A DNA stretch of 63,651 nt, filler included, from Octopus bimaculoides (Eukaryota): the NCBI RefSeq assembly GCF_001194135.2. It is 5 parts of 5 records of this genome, joined end to end, with 100 filler letters (N's around TTAATTAATTAA, not from the genome) between each part and the next. Parts side by side here need not be neighbours in the genome. Positions count along the whole stretch, not along the records: positions 1 to 24,896 come from NC_068981.1; 4 more parts are not named here. One strand, written 5' to 3'. Positions 10,823 to 22,158 of this stretch are shown piece after piece. The stretch's first letter is position 1. Every line of letters starts with the position of its first letter. A program made the translations under genes and the position numbers. The notes below the pieces were generated by a model, which saw only the letters and a list, made by a program, of their open reading frames with translations, searched no databases and had not been told where the DNA came from.

Positions 10823-12091
10823 TTTTTATTTTTCACCAATTTATCTATTCCTTTTATGTATAGACTACGAAAAGAAGTTTCCCTTGTTCCCATTTACGAT
10901 GGCGTAACTTTCATTGTTTTATCATCGTCATTAAGCCTTGGAAGAATCTTTTGTTGGTCGATAGAAAGATTTTATATAAATTTCATTCTTTATTTCCACT
11001 TCAATAAGATTGTCATATTCAAAACTTCAATGTTAGAACTTTCTACTCTTAGATCGTATCAAATTCATTTGTGTTCATATTTTAATTAGTACATATTTTA
11101 ATTAGTTTAGCATTTGTTGGTTAATATTGTAAGTATGCTTGGGTTTGATATTGTTGTGTTTTGCTATTTATTTTGTATATTTTGCATATTCTACATAATT
11201 TCTGTTTTCAATGTTTATAGTTTAATGTATTCCCCCTAACCCCGTTACATGTCATTTCCCCACCTTTTGTTGTACATTGTTCCGTGTTTATATTTTCTTG
11301 GTGTAGTATTTCCTTTAAGCATTCTATTTCTATCTCTGATATATTTTTGGCTTTGAAAATATATCTTCTTATGTTAGCTAATCTCTAGGATCCGACTTTA
11401 CTTCTAGATCCGGGTTATTTTCTCTTCACATATTATACAAGCACATTGTAGTAGTCTCATGTTGAAGCGGAGTGTAACTGTAAAATATTTATGTATTATG
11501 GAAACACAATCTTTTCGATCCCATTTAATCTTTTTTCTCTTTGATTCGTGTCACACAGGGTATAAAATGTGACCTTTTATTTAGATTTTCATAATTTTTA
11601 ACGAGCACCGATATATTTATTCCAAGAAACGCGAACGCTTCATCCTTTCAGGGTTGATGAAATTTCCAGCCTCGTGCCATAATTTGAAACCATTGTATTA
11701 GATACCAGAATATTAAATGCCGATCATTTTAGCCAACGACCCTTTTACGATGTACAAGACACCCCTTATCCGGTACTCAAATAACCACAACTTTCAATTA
11801 ACTGGTATTCAGAAATGTGTGCGCGTTGCTTTCGCAATGCATATTTTGTTGGAAAGAAAATCTATGTATTGTTAATTAAAGTTAAGAGAGATTTTGCGTT
11901 GTGTTGATTTGGTGTCAGTAAAAGAAAGCAAGTTTCTGCTGTATCTAAAATGGATTATTGCTTCTCAAAGAATAGCATTTTGATTTATGTTACTGCATTT
12001 ACAGTACCTACATTTCATTAGGTAAATAAAATTTGTTCTTTATTTAAATTACACTCTCATTTCTTCATATTGCTATCATTTTTACTATATT

Positions 12092-12309
12092 TGGTTACAA
12101 ATTTTGGCACAAGGCCAGTAACTTCAGGGGAGATGGGTAAGTCGATTGCATCGACCCCAGTGTACAACCGGTACTTATTTTACCCATCCCGAAAGGGTGA
12201 AAAGCAAAGCCGACCTCGGCGGAATTTGAACTCAGAACATAAAGACGGACGAAACGGCGCTAAGCATTTTTGCCCTGCACGGTAACGATTCTACCAGCTC
12301 CACTGCCTT
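12092..12309 (-). mobile_element. SINE family B
   Basis: GACCTCGGCGGAATTTGAACTCAGAAC core and TTACAAATTTTGGCACAAGGCC tail in reverse orientation. Confidence 0.85.
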
Positions 12310-13176
12310 ATCATTAAGAATACTAACAATAATACTGGTGCATATAGAAAGTCTTAATGAGTTTTGTAAGATAATATGGTAATTTAAAGAGTGATGAATA
12401 GATATCCGGAAAATTCACTCCCTCTCTCTCTCTCTCTTATCACTTTTCATAGAGAGACAATTCTCCATCTGCTGACTTTGTCATTCCGTTCGATATCCCT
12501 TCATTTCTTTAAGCACAAGATGCTACTTAGAAAGATGCAGGTCTTCTCAACCCTGTTATAATATCAAGGGTTAGCAAATAAACATCAGTCCTGCTTCAAT
12601 GTTAATGCTTCCAGGCATGCAAAGAGCAGACAATAACACGTCTTAGCTCCTATTTGTTCCCAGGTGTACTCTGATCCGGAGTAGTACCACCTGTCAGGAT
12701 TCCAGCTATGGCTTAACTAATAACGTACTGACAACTGAAAATGAAGTTGTCAATACATCTCCTCAGAACTTCCTTCTAGGAGCAGGTAAACTCATATACA
12801 AAAAAAAAACCCCAAAAAAACCTGAAGTACAGTTGATTTCCAGTTGTCTGAACCTCTGTTGTGCCATTGACGTAATTGCTGATTGTACCGAAAAGTGGAT
12901 TCAGTGCTGTGCAACACTTTATACACTGAAAACAAATTCTTGCACATGAACTTCTTGGACACTCGATTGTAAGAAGTGGTCATATTCGGTTGCGAGTTAA
13001 CATCCACGTTACATACATACATGCATACATACACAGAGACGCATGCGCGCACGCACACATATATACATACATTCATATTCATACATACATACATACATAA
13101 CTACATACGTATGTACGTACGCCCATATATATGTACGATGTATGCATGTGCTTGTATATACGTGTGTGCCATGAGG

Positions 13177-13218
<42 letters not shown>

Positions 13219-13220
<2 letters not shown>

Positions 13221-13487
13221 GGCAGCGAGCTGGCAGAAGTCGACTTTGCCTTTCATCCTTTCGGAGTCGACGTAATTGACTAGTCCCCTCCTCCAAAATT
13301 TCATGGCCTTGTGCCTTCAGCCGAGAGGATTATTATTATTATTATTATTATTAATAATAATAATATTATTATTATTGAGGCGCAGAGCTGGCAGAATCGT
13401 TAGCACGCCGGGTGAAATGTTTAGCGGCATTTAGTCCATCGCTACGTTCTGAGTTCAAATGCCGCCAAGGTCGACTTTGCTTTTCAC
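13219..13487 (+). mobile_element. Two tandem family B SINE fragments separated by (ATT)n
   Basis: The first copy is internally deleted (GGCAGAA joined to GTCGACTTTGCC). The second copy, from ~13377, breaks off at GCTTTTCA and runs into CCCTAA repeats. Confidence 0.85.
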
Positions 13488-13904
13488 CCTAACCCTAAAA
13501 CCCTTACCCTAACCCTAGCTCTAAAACCCGAACCCTAACCCTAAAACCCTAAAGCTAAAACCACTACAAACGCACGAACGATGTCATAAATAACAGTACC
13601 GCCGATAGTTGTTGTTGACAAACAACGGCACTAATTTTATTCAAGAGAAAAGATCCCATTACACCGCTAGAACATGTTGTTTACATTCCAAAGCAGTAAC
13701 TGTTTTCACCTCAATAGACGTCAGTGATTGGTTGAAATTACCGAAATACGACAACTTTTAACATGAAATAACTTCAAATATGAAAATTTTTCTCTGCTCT
13801 ATAAGACAAAATACACAAGTATACGAAGTTTTAAAGTGTTTCGGTAGAAAACACACTAGATAAAACATAAATAAAAAGTGGTGCCCACCAAATCAGAAAG
13901 ATCC
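13487..13904. mobile_element. Truncated relative of the 7583-8246 MITE with a (CCCTAA/CCCTAAAA)n tract
   Basis: The telomere-like tract spans 13487-~13560. GTCAGTGATTGGTTGAAAT...AAGTATACGAAGTTT...GTGGTGCCC...AGATCC matches the right arm of the 7583 element. The left TIR is absent. Confidence 0.8.
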
Positions 13905-13943
13905 GAAACTATTATTATTATTGTTGTTACTGTTGTTTTTATT

Positions 13944-14165
13944 AAGGTGGCGAGCTGGCAAAATCGTTGTTGCACTAGAAAAAATGTTTAGCGGATTCTT
14001 TCAAACCTTACGTTCTGAGTTCAATTACCGAGGTCGACTTTCCTTATGATTCCTTTCTGGGTCGATAAAATAAGCACCAGGTGATCACTGGGATCGATAT
14101 AATCGACTATTCCCCTCCCCCCAAAATTCCAGGCCTTCTGCCTATAGTAGAAAGGATTATTATTA
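13944..14165 (+). mobile_element. SINE family B flanked by ATT-rich repeats
   Basis: AAGGTGGCGAGCTGGCAAAATCGTT head, and an AGGCCTTCTGCCTATAGTAGAAAGGATTATTATT tail. Confidence 0.85.
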
Positions 14166-14524
14166 CGTTGGCAAGAGGTGTTATCCTGAGATATGGTGAT
14201 AAAAAGACTCCAAATCTTAAAAATCTTTTTTTAGAATTCTTGCAAAATAAAGGTTCTGCTGATTGATTAAACATGTCTCAATTCCAAAATATTTAACAGT
14301 TTGATATGTCAAATCTTCAAGATCTAATCTTCCTAAACTTTTTTCACAAACATAGAATAATCTAGGAATCTATGAAATAAAGTCAAATTTCATAAAACAA
14401 TCAAAAGGATATTAACCTATATACAGTTCTGCTCATCTTTTTTAAGGTTGACTTTTTATGTAACTGTGCCGTGTTGTGCTTTATGTATGTTCTCGAATAT
14501 GTTTCTGTACAATTTCGTTTACAC

Positions 14525-14544
14525 CTTTCCTTTTCTTATTTCAG
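14525..14544 (+). promoter_or_regulatory. 3' splice site (polypyrimidine tract + CAG) preceding the GPCR exon
   Basis: CTTTCCTTTTCTTATTTCAG sits immediately before the in-frame TCG TTC CCG AAT. There is no ATG in frame until mid-TM1. Confidence 0.75.
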
Positions 14545-15696
14545 TCGTTCCCGAATGTGACAGACGTCGGTAAATACCTAGACGGCCTTAGTACCCAGTC
14601 GGCCAAACGAAATCTTCCTGTTATCTTATATTTGGCTTTCCTGATGATTATTGGTATTTTTGGAAATTCCCTCGTTTTGTACGTCTACAGCTACCGCTTT
14701 AAGCGATCATCTTCTGTATATTTTATCATATCTTTGGGAATATTTGACTTATTAGCTTGTGTTATTGCAATACCAGTAGAGATCTATGATATCCAGCATA
14801 AGTATACTTTTTACAGTCCAATTGCCTGCACACTGGTACGATACTGTGGTTCTTTTGTCCAATATTCTTCTGTGTATCTTTTAGTTGGAGTAGCTATAGA
14901 TCGCTACATCAAGATATGCTATCCTCTCAAAATGATATCACCCAAAAAAATAAAATGGATGTGTGTCGGAGCAACAATTGCTGGAGTGATTTCGTCGTCA
15001 CCAACTTTTTTACTTTATGGCATAAAAGAAGAGAAAACTCCTCACCCAGACATTCGCGGTGGTAATTGTTCTATTGCTCAAAAGTATTACAAAACTCTCT
15101 TCGAAATGATATATTTTTTGCTGATGTCCGCAACATTTGTTGCTTGCGTGTTATTGATGATAATTCTGTACAGTCTCATATGGTGTACCGTAAAACGTCG
15201 TCGTGGTTCGGTTATTGGCGATTCAGTGAGGAAAACTAGTGAGACAGACAGCACCAAACGTATGTATTATAAAAAACAAACGAGTGTCAACAGTGACGAT
15301 GATAACAATTCTGTCTTTTTACCAAACAACCACAGTAAATCGTCTAGCAGGCGACTTCGGAGAAGAATGAGTAGCGTTTCTGCTGTTTTGAAAAAAATCA
15401 AAGTTACCCGTACAACAGTTCTCCTCTTTGCTGTCACCCTTGCTTTTATTTTGAGTTATTTTCCATCAGTCATTGCTATGGTTTATTTGAAGAAAAAAAT
15501 CCATAAATACGAGTTACTTTACACGTTTTTTGTTAAATTTTCCTTCATGAATAATGCCATAAATCCTATAATTTATAGTTTTTTAAACGTAAACTTTCGA
15601 ACCGAATGCAAGGAATTATTGAAAAGGTGTTACTGTGGCAAGATCAAACCTCCTTCAAGACAGACATCAATGGAAACAGAAGAAGATGTGAAATAA
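14545..15696 (+). CDS. Class A (rhodopsin-like) GPCR, peptide-receptor-like orphan; main coding exon, N-terminus in an upstream exon
   Basis: Seven hydrophobic segments. Motifs: GN in TM1 (GIFGNSLV), SLGIFDLL in TM2, Cys at the top of TM3 and in ECL2, IDRY, FILSYFP in TM6, NAINPIIY in TM7, helix 8 NFR, CYC possible palmitoylation site, and an NVT sequon. The long Ser/Arg-rich ICL3 is uninterrupted to TAA at 15694-15696. Confidence 0.95.
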   Translation, partial: SFPNVTDVGKYLDGLSTQSAKRNLPVILYLAFLMIIGIFGNSLVLYVYSYRFKRSSSVYFIISLGIFDLLACVIAIPVEIYDIQHKYTFYSPIACTLVRYCGSFVQYSSVYLLVGVAIDRYIKICYPLKMISPKKIKWMCVGATIAGVISSSPTFLLYGIKEEKTPHPDIRGGNCSIAQKYYKTLFEMIYFLLMSATFVACVLLMIILYSLIWCTVKRRRGSVIGDSVRKTSETDSTKRMYYKKQTSVNSDDDNNSVFLPNNHSKSSSRRLRRRMSSVSAVLKKIKVTRTTVLLFAVTLAFILSYFPSVIAMVYLKKKIHKYELLYTFFVKFSFMNNAINPIIYSFLNVNFRTECKELLKRCYCGKIKPPSRQTSMETEEDVK

Positions 15697-17989
15697 ATAT
15701 AAAGATCTGGGGAAGATTAGTGGACAATTGTCTTCGTATGTACAGCCCCATGCTAATAATGTAACAGTATAGAAAACGTGTAACATTTCTATTATATGAA
15801 AGCACGGCATTAATCTTTCGATTGTTTTATTCCTATGAAAAACAGATCATATCGACGTTGAAAAAGTAAAATAAGTTCATTTATAAGCCACGTGACCCAG
15901 TATAGCCACAACCAATTGGCAGAAACAGCAAAAGAATAAGAGTTTGTATGGAGCGTCACGTCATTAAGAGAGGAGATAAAAACATGCTGACGTGTAAGCC
16001 TTTCCCAAGAATATTAACAACGTAAGCGAAAGGAAAATAATCTAAATTGGTATCGAAACAGAACTGCACACACACTTCTACATCGCGACATCCAGCATAA
16101 AAAGTACAATTATATAACACGCATCTAATTCTAACCAAATCAAAGTAAAATAATCAACAAGAAAATCTAGCTTTCCGTTTAACAAATACATCAACCAACT
16201 GCAATTTTAGTATGACGACGTGCTTCTGTTATCAACAGTCAATATTTTACTGAGAATCTTCAATTTCTGGCCTTTTGTTATGTCGTGACCTAGCGCTTCT
16301 CTCTTCTACAGATATTAAAGTGGTAATATTTAATGGTAATTGAAAGAAAATTGCAGCAGCACATCATGTCTTGGAATAGAAGGTAGAACCCGTTTTCTGC
16401 TTCTGATTTCCTATTGTGTGTCTCTCTTTTAAGTGTGACACCAGATAGTCAATGTATCTCTACATTTCAAGAGCAAAAGACATCTTGTGGGTATTATCTT
16501 ACGTCATGTGTAACCACTTCAAGGTTTTGTATTAAGTACATTTCTTCATTCTTATCTGAGATATCACTACGTGCAATGACCAATACCTCTCACTTAACAT
16601 TCACAAATATCAATGCACTCACAAAATTTCTCTTAGCAGCATCAAGCAGGGAGAGAAAAGTAAAAGACTCATTCATTAATCTTATTCGAAAATTGATCAT
16701 CGCAATTAAGATGTAATGAGCTCACAGCTACATAATAGCGACTATTAACTAGTCACAATACTCTGTTCCTGTCAAAAGTAAATTAAATTTTAACTATGGA
16801 ATTTTTCTTGGAAGCAGAATTCATTTTGAACCAGTAACAAACTCTCAGCACGCATCCTAATCTTTTCCAGGAATAAAACAAAGGTGAGTGTAACTCGCAC
16901 CGAGTGCTTATGTGTCAATTTGAAATATACGTTTGCCTGAGCTATCTCAGATAATTATTTGTTATTCTTGCTTTAAGGGGATAATCCTTCACTGCCAGTT
17001 CTTGCCAGCTTTCAGCTTTTAAAATCAATCACAAAATTGTTTCACATTCACCGATCACTCTTAAAATATTCATGAACAGAAAGAAAAATCTTGATAGATT
17101 TCTTGTTATACCTCAAAATTTTTATCATTCAAGATTTCTTAACTTCATTAAATCCAGTGTAACAAGAACAAGAAGAAAACATTGCATGAAATGTAGTGTA
17201 TGACGATTACTAACTGTATATAACTCCCACCTCCAGTGATCGTAGCTTCGATTTGTTGCTCTGCTTCAACTGAAAAGTGACTTTATTCCCCCAAAATTCA
17301 ATTTCAATCATCTAAGAGATTACATATAAACTTCATTCAAAGTTAATTTCATATCATGTTATGTTTGTAAATCATACAGTTCCATTGTATGTTTAATAAA
17401 ATTTTGTAGCTATTTTTACCAAAAAAAAGTGAAATAAAAAGTAAAAACGTTTGTGTGAATTTTTTTTTTAAAGTTTTGTTAACGTAAAAAGTACATGTTG
17501 TCATCAATAACTTGTATAAATCGATCAATACCCCAAAACCACTCGGTAGTTTGAGTACTAAGCCTGTTTCATCCAGCCACTCTCCCACAAAAATCGTTAT
17601 TCCAAGATTATATGTCCCGTGTAATGTGGGAATCGTTTAAAATAAAGAGATGTATGTTCTGTAATTCTCACCATCATAGATATTTTGATTGTGCAGGATG
17701 CGACAAAAAAAAAAAGAAAAAGAAAAGAGCCTCCCAGATTCAACATATATATCTGTAAAAGGCAGGATATGTGTGTGTGTGCGTGTGTGTGTGCGTGCGT
17801 GTGTACGTGAATGTACTTTATGCACGTCCACAAATTAGCACGCATGTTGCTCCAATTTTAGGACATTGGTCACGACCATGGCTGTGCTTTTGTCAACTTA
17901 TTTCCACCGAGGCACCACCGGATAGCGGTAAAAATAGCTTTTCAACCATAACTTTTACCAATTTCCACGTCGGTGAAATCCATAATTTT

Positions 17990-18295
17990 GCTAACATGAG
18001 TTAAGTCCCCTGTCTTATAGATTAATTCACCCTACTACAATGCCTCCGAAAAAAATTAGATTTGGACTACCTAAGCAATCTCAGCGTAGAAAAAGAGAAA
18101 GAGAAGAAGAGACTAACTATCAGCAGATTCATTAGTAAAATATTATAACTTTTGAGGGCGAAACCTGATAATAAGAGCTTGCGGATATTCCGCTACAAAA
18201 CATTCAATAATATCGAAGCAATAACTTTCATAAATCAGGGTATAATTTTTGAAGACTCTTTCTGAACCTAGTCAACGACGGGTATTTCTGCTAGT
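17990..18295 (+). mobile_element. Possible decayed Helitron-type non-autonomous element (3' part)
   Basis: Ends in CCTAGTCAACGACGGGTATTTCTGCTAGT, a degenerate GC hairpin plus CTAG-T terminus. The 5' boundary is not defined. Confidence 0.35.
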
Positions 18296-18513
18296 TCTTG
18301 ATAAATGTTTCATAAGTAAACACAGCGTGCACCAGTCCAAGCTATGATGGTAACTGAAAGAAAACTGCTCGTTAACTCCATGAAGAAATCCTTACTATCC
18401 GCTTAAATTCACGAGCGCCACACTAATGCGAAGTTCTTTTTTCGCAACCAATATAAATTCCTTTCAAAGTTAAATTTCTGCAACCTTCAGAACAATTTTT
18501 TCCAATGTACAAA

Positions 18514-18544
<31 letters not shown>

Positions 18545-18729
18545 CTATCTCAATCTCTCTATCAATTCATTTCTCCCTCTCTCTTCTAGCTCCCTCCTCA
18601 CTCTCATCCATCTTCCTCGCCTCCTCTCTCTTTCTCTTTCTCAAATTTATACAATGAGTTTATCTTCTACACGAAGCATTCTTTCTGAGATAAAGCATAT
18701 CCTTTCAATACCATAATAGAGCATGGGAT

Positions 18730-18925
18730 AGCTTGTACGTGGTTGCTTGACCGTCTACAAATAGCAACCAAATCTCCCTCATATCATACCATGCCGTCTT
18801 GTAAAATAGCTTGGATAATGCATCGCATGATAACACTGAAATGTCAGAACGGTCTTTGCTGGACAGACTTTAATACCAGAGATCGATCAATGCGAGTCTG
18901 AGCGGAAGCCAAACAGCTACCGCCA
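18730..18925 (+). mobile_element. Interspersed repeat family D (SINE-like fragment)
   Basis: The GTGGTTGCTTGACCGTCTACAAATAGCAACCAAATCTCCCTC motif recurs, degenerate, at ~4525-4590(-), ~8370-8430(-), ~28010-28050(-) and ~35835-36000(+). Confidence 0.55.
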
Positions 18926-19310
18926 ACACCATTACACTGATGATACCAGGAGTTGATGGCGAGGTAAAGTACAGTCGTCATGACTTTGAAATGTGGAACA
19001 TTTAGAGGTTAGTGAAATTGAGACAGAAGAAGAAAGAAAATATAGAAACTTAAAAACTCCTTCTACCAAACGTAATTTCAAAGAAGTACTACGCGACGCC
19101 TATGATGAACAAAGGGGGAAGATAGAGAGCTAATGATAGGGAGGACAACTAGACCGTCCTCAAAGTCAAACTTCTGTGAGTTACTGACCATATTTGTGGA
19201 ATGAGCAAGGTCCGTGTACCAGTCGTATGGAGGATGACATGGTTATGGAATAGTACAGTAGACAGAACCACAAAAGCCAAGTCTCGAAAGAGTGAAGACG
19301 AGGAATGTTC

Positions 19311-19527
19311 GAGTTGAGCGATCAACGGAACAGCCTGCTCGTGAAATTAACGTGCAAGTGGCTGAGCACTCCAAAGACACGTGTACCCTTAACGTAGTTG
19401 TCAGGAAGATTCAGTGTGACACAGAAAGTGACAACGCTGGCCCTTTAAATTACATATGCAACTCATTTTTGGCAGTTCAGTGAACTGAAGCAACGTGAAA
19501 TAAAGTGTCTTGCTCAAAGACACAACG
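19311..19527 (-). mobile_element. SINE fragment (family A 3' half with CORE-like middle) inserted in the RTE relic
   Basis: Contains GATCAACGGAACAGCCTGCTCGTGAAATTAACGTGCAAGTGGCTGAGCACTCC, followed by GCAACGTGAAATAAAGTGTCTTGCTCAAAGACACAAC. Confidence 0.85.
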
Positions 19528-20767
19528 AAGCACCGGTAACCAGCCTTCATTCGGGAAGGTAGTATCGTTATCAAGAAGCTGGAAGAGATGCTACATGTGA
19601 GGTGAATCAAAAAAGGAAGAAACCAAAAGTAAGATGTTTACTGGTGCTTCACGTGTTCTACTCAGTAAGAAATAGAAGTATGAAGTGTTCCGGATTCTGA
19701 GGAAATGTGTTAAGGTAAATCAGGATGTCGTTGACGAAAAAGTGCTTCCGAACTGATAAAAGTGCACTTGCACTGTTTGATGTTTTGAAAGAAAAGGCAT
19801 AAAGACAATACAACGAACGGCTGCTGAATGGGGAGAAGATGTAGGAAAAAGAGGGATCCCATAGAAGGAGTAGCTACTGTCATTACTATTGCATTAAGGA
19901 TATGAAGATAGGGAAAGCAGCTGAACTGTTAGTGATAGTCTCCGAGAAGTAGAAAATATCTGGCGAAGCAGAACATACGTTGATAACTCGTGAAAAGCAA
20001 GGGAGATGATTTTTTTTTTTTTAAGTAACAATAGAGGCATTAAACTGATGGACTAGGTCATAAAAGTATCAAAGAGAGTTATCCAGGAGAGAACTAACTT
20101 AAATGAAATGCAGTTTAGGCTTGTATATCTGAACGTAAAACTGCCAATGCCATCTTCCTAGTGATGCAACTACAAAAGAAGTTTTTAGTCAAGAACAAGT
20201 CATCATACCCAGCATTTGTTTACTTAAAGAAGACCTTTGACATAGTTCCACTTGGTGGGTGGAAGGTGTAGAAGAATGACTAGTCAGAACTGTGTAAGCT
20301 GTGTACAGTGACACAGAGGTACAGCTAGCGAAATAAGAGTTAACAACGGGATCGGTGATAAATTTAGTTTGCATGTAAGTGTCTAACGTCCATCAGAGTT
20401 TGGTTCTTATTCTTTTCCGGTTTCTAATAATTCTGTAAGTCATATATAAGAGTTGAAGACTGGTTGTCTACCAAAATTCCTGGACGCTGACGATTTGTTC
20501 TCATAGCCGAACGCGTTGAAGAAATATAGGAAAAGTTGCTTCATGAAAGCAGGGCCTAGAATTCAGACGATTAAAGATCAATTCAAAATGCCTTCATTAG
20601 CAGAAAAGAAAACAGAATACTACTGCCAAATGGGAGTGCCCGACATGCAATAAAGGCAATAATTCTATGCAGGGTAACTAACACCAACAACGGGTATACA
20701 ACGGGTGAAGTGGGACCTCAAGCAGGATGACAGAGAATAATCTCATATAAAGTAGATGTTCAGTAGT

Positions 20768-21143
20768 GGAGGCGCAATGGCCCAGTGGTTAGGGCAGCGG
20801 ACTCGCGGTCATAAGATCGCGGTTTCGATTCCCAGACCGGGCGTTGTGAGTGTTTTTTGAGCGAAAACACCTAAAGCTCCACGATGCTCCAGCAAGGGAT
20901 GGTGGCGAACCCTGCTGTACTCTTTCGCCACAACTTTCTCTCACTCTTACTTCCTGCTCCTGTTGTGCTTTTAATTCAAAGGGTCAGCCTTGTCACACTG
21001 AATATCCCCGAGAACTACGTTAAGAGTACACGTGTCTGTGGAGTGCTCAGCCAATTGCACGTTAATTTCACGAGCAGGCTGTTCCGTTGATCGGATCAAC
21101 TGGAACCCTCGACGTCGTAAACGACGGAGTGCAACAACAACAA
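20768..21143 (+). mobile_element. tRNA-derived SINE family A, full length, (CAA)n tail
   Basis: A box TGGCCCAGTGGTTAGG, B box GGTTTCGATTCCC, and a 3' end CGACGGAGTGCAACAACAACAA. Confidence 0.93.
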
Positions 21144-21889
21144 TAGTAGCGAGCAATAAGAGCGGCCAAGAAATGAAGTTTCTCAATTGACTAGAAATTT
21201 CGTTAAAAAAACAGATGATTTCTTTTACATGGGTGATTTAATCAACAATAGAGAAGGCATAGTAATGAGAGTAAAGGCAAAGTGGAAAAAGTTCAAGGAG
21301 CTATTATCTCTTTGGAGGTTTCACTCTGTAAGTGACGTGTACACAATAATGCTTTTGTACGAAGTGAGATGCTGCATGTGTGTGAAACATAGGTGCTGAA
21401 TATAAAAGATTTACGAAGGTTGAAAAGAAATAAAGGGAGCATTCTACCCTAGGTGTAGAATATCCGTGTGCAAAAATGACTGAACACAAGCGTGCTGAAA
21501 AAAAAAAAAAATGGGCATCAGAATTATAATTATTTATGATTGACGGTGTGCAAAACAGAAGACTGCGGTAGGTATGATATGAAGAATGATAATTGGGTGA
21601 ACAAGCGTCAAACGGTGGATGTAGAAGACTAAAAACGACGTACGCAGAAATTGTATGAACTAATCTCAGAGATGACAAGGTGGCGTGCATGTGGTGGGAA
21701 CGTAAAAATGCTGACGATGATGACGACAACGTCGATGACAATGATCTTAATAAGTCCAGTAATTTAAAAAATAAAGTTTATATATTATATAAATTAATCT
21801 GTAATGTTACATCAATTTATCATATATAGTGTATTTAATATTATACATTAGAATCTTACAACTCGAATTCGAAGTGTTTACTAAATATT

Positions 21890-22095
21890 GGCCTCAAATT
21901 TTGGTTACAAGGCCAGTAAGTTGTGAGGGAGGTGGTAAAGTTATTACATCGACCCAGTGTTCTACTGGTACTTCTTTTATGAACCCCGAAAAAAATGAAA
22001 AATGGACCTCGACGTAATTTGAACACAAAGACGGACATAACGCCACTAGGCATTTTGCCCGGCGCACTAACAATTCTATCAGCTCGCCACCTTGT
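21890..22095 (-). mobile_element. SINE family B, degenerate
   Basis: Reverse-orientation tail (AAATTTTGGTTACAAGGCCAG), ATCGACCCAGTG..ACTGGTAC, and head remnant CTATCAGCTCGCCACCTT. Confidence 0.75.
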
Positions 22096-22158
22096 GTTTA
22101 CGGCGCGAACGCTTCTTCCCATAAGATCACCGGATAAAGCCAAAAATTGGTCTTCAAG

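Larger units (their letters stand above)
19050..21750 (+). mobile_element. Heavily decayed RTE-clade LINE (linker + reverse transcriptase + 3' end), interrupted by two SINEs
   Basis: Frameshifted remnants of WWN (~19240), EMQF...AIFLV..LQ.KF...AFV.L.K.FD.VP (~20100-20250), VHQ..VL..L.F...FKTGC....L.ADDL (~20380-20500) and F.Y.GD...KWKKFKELL (~21220-21310), followed by a (GAT/GAC) tail at ~21712-21745. Confidence 0.8.

Noticed and set aside
14476-14544. TTG start and MLYVCSRICFCTISFTPFLFLFQ N-terminus given by the ORF track
   Set aside because: It is a translation of the polypyrimidine tract and acceptor, so it is intronic.
16414-16716. 100-aa ORF downstream of the GPCR
   Set aside because: It has a TTG start and no recognisable motif, and is more likely 3' UTR.
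20768-20845. tRNA gene
   Set aside because: The tRNA-like head continues into a SINE body and tail, and there is no convincing full cloverleaf. The same applies to 58862 and 215-290.
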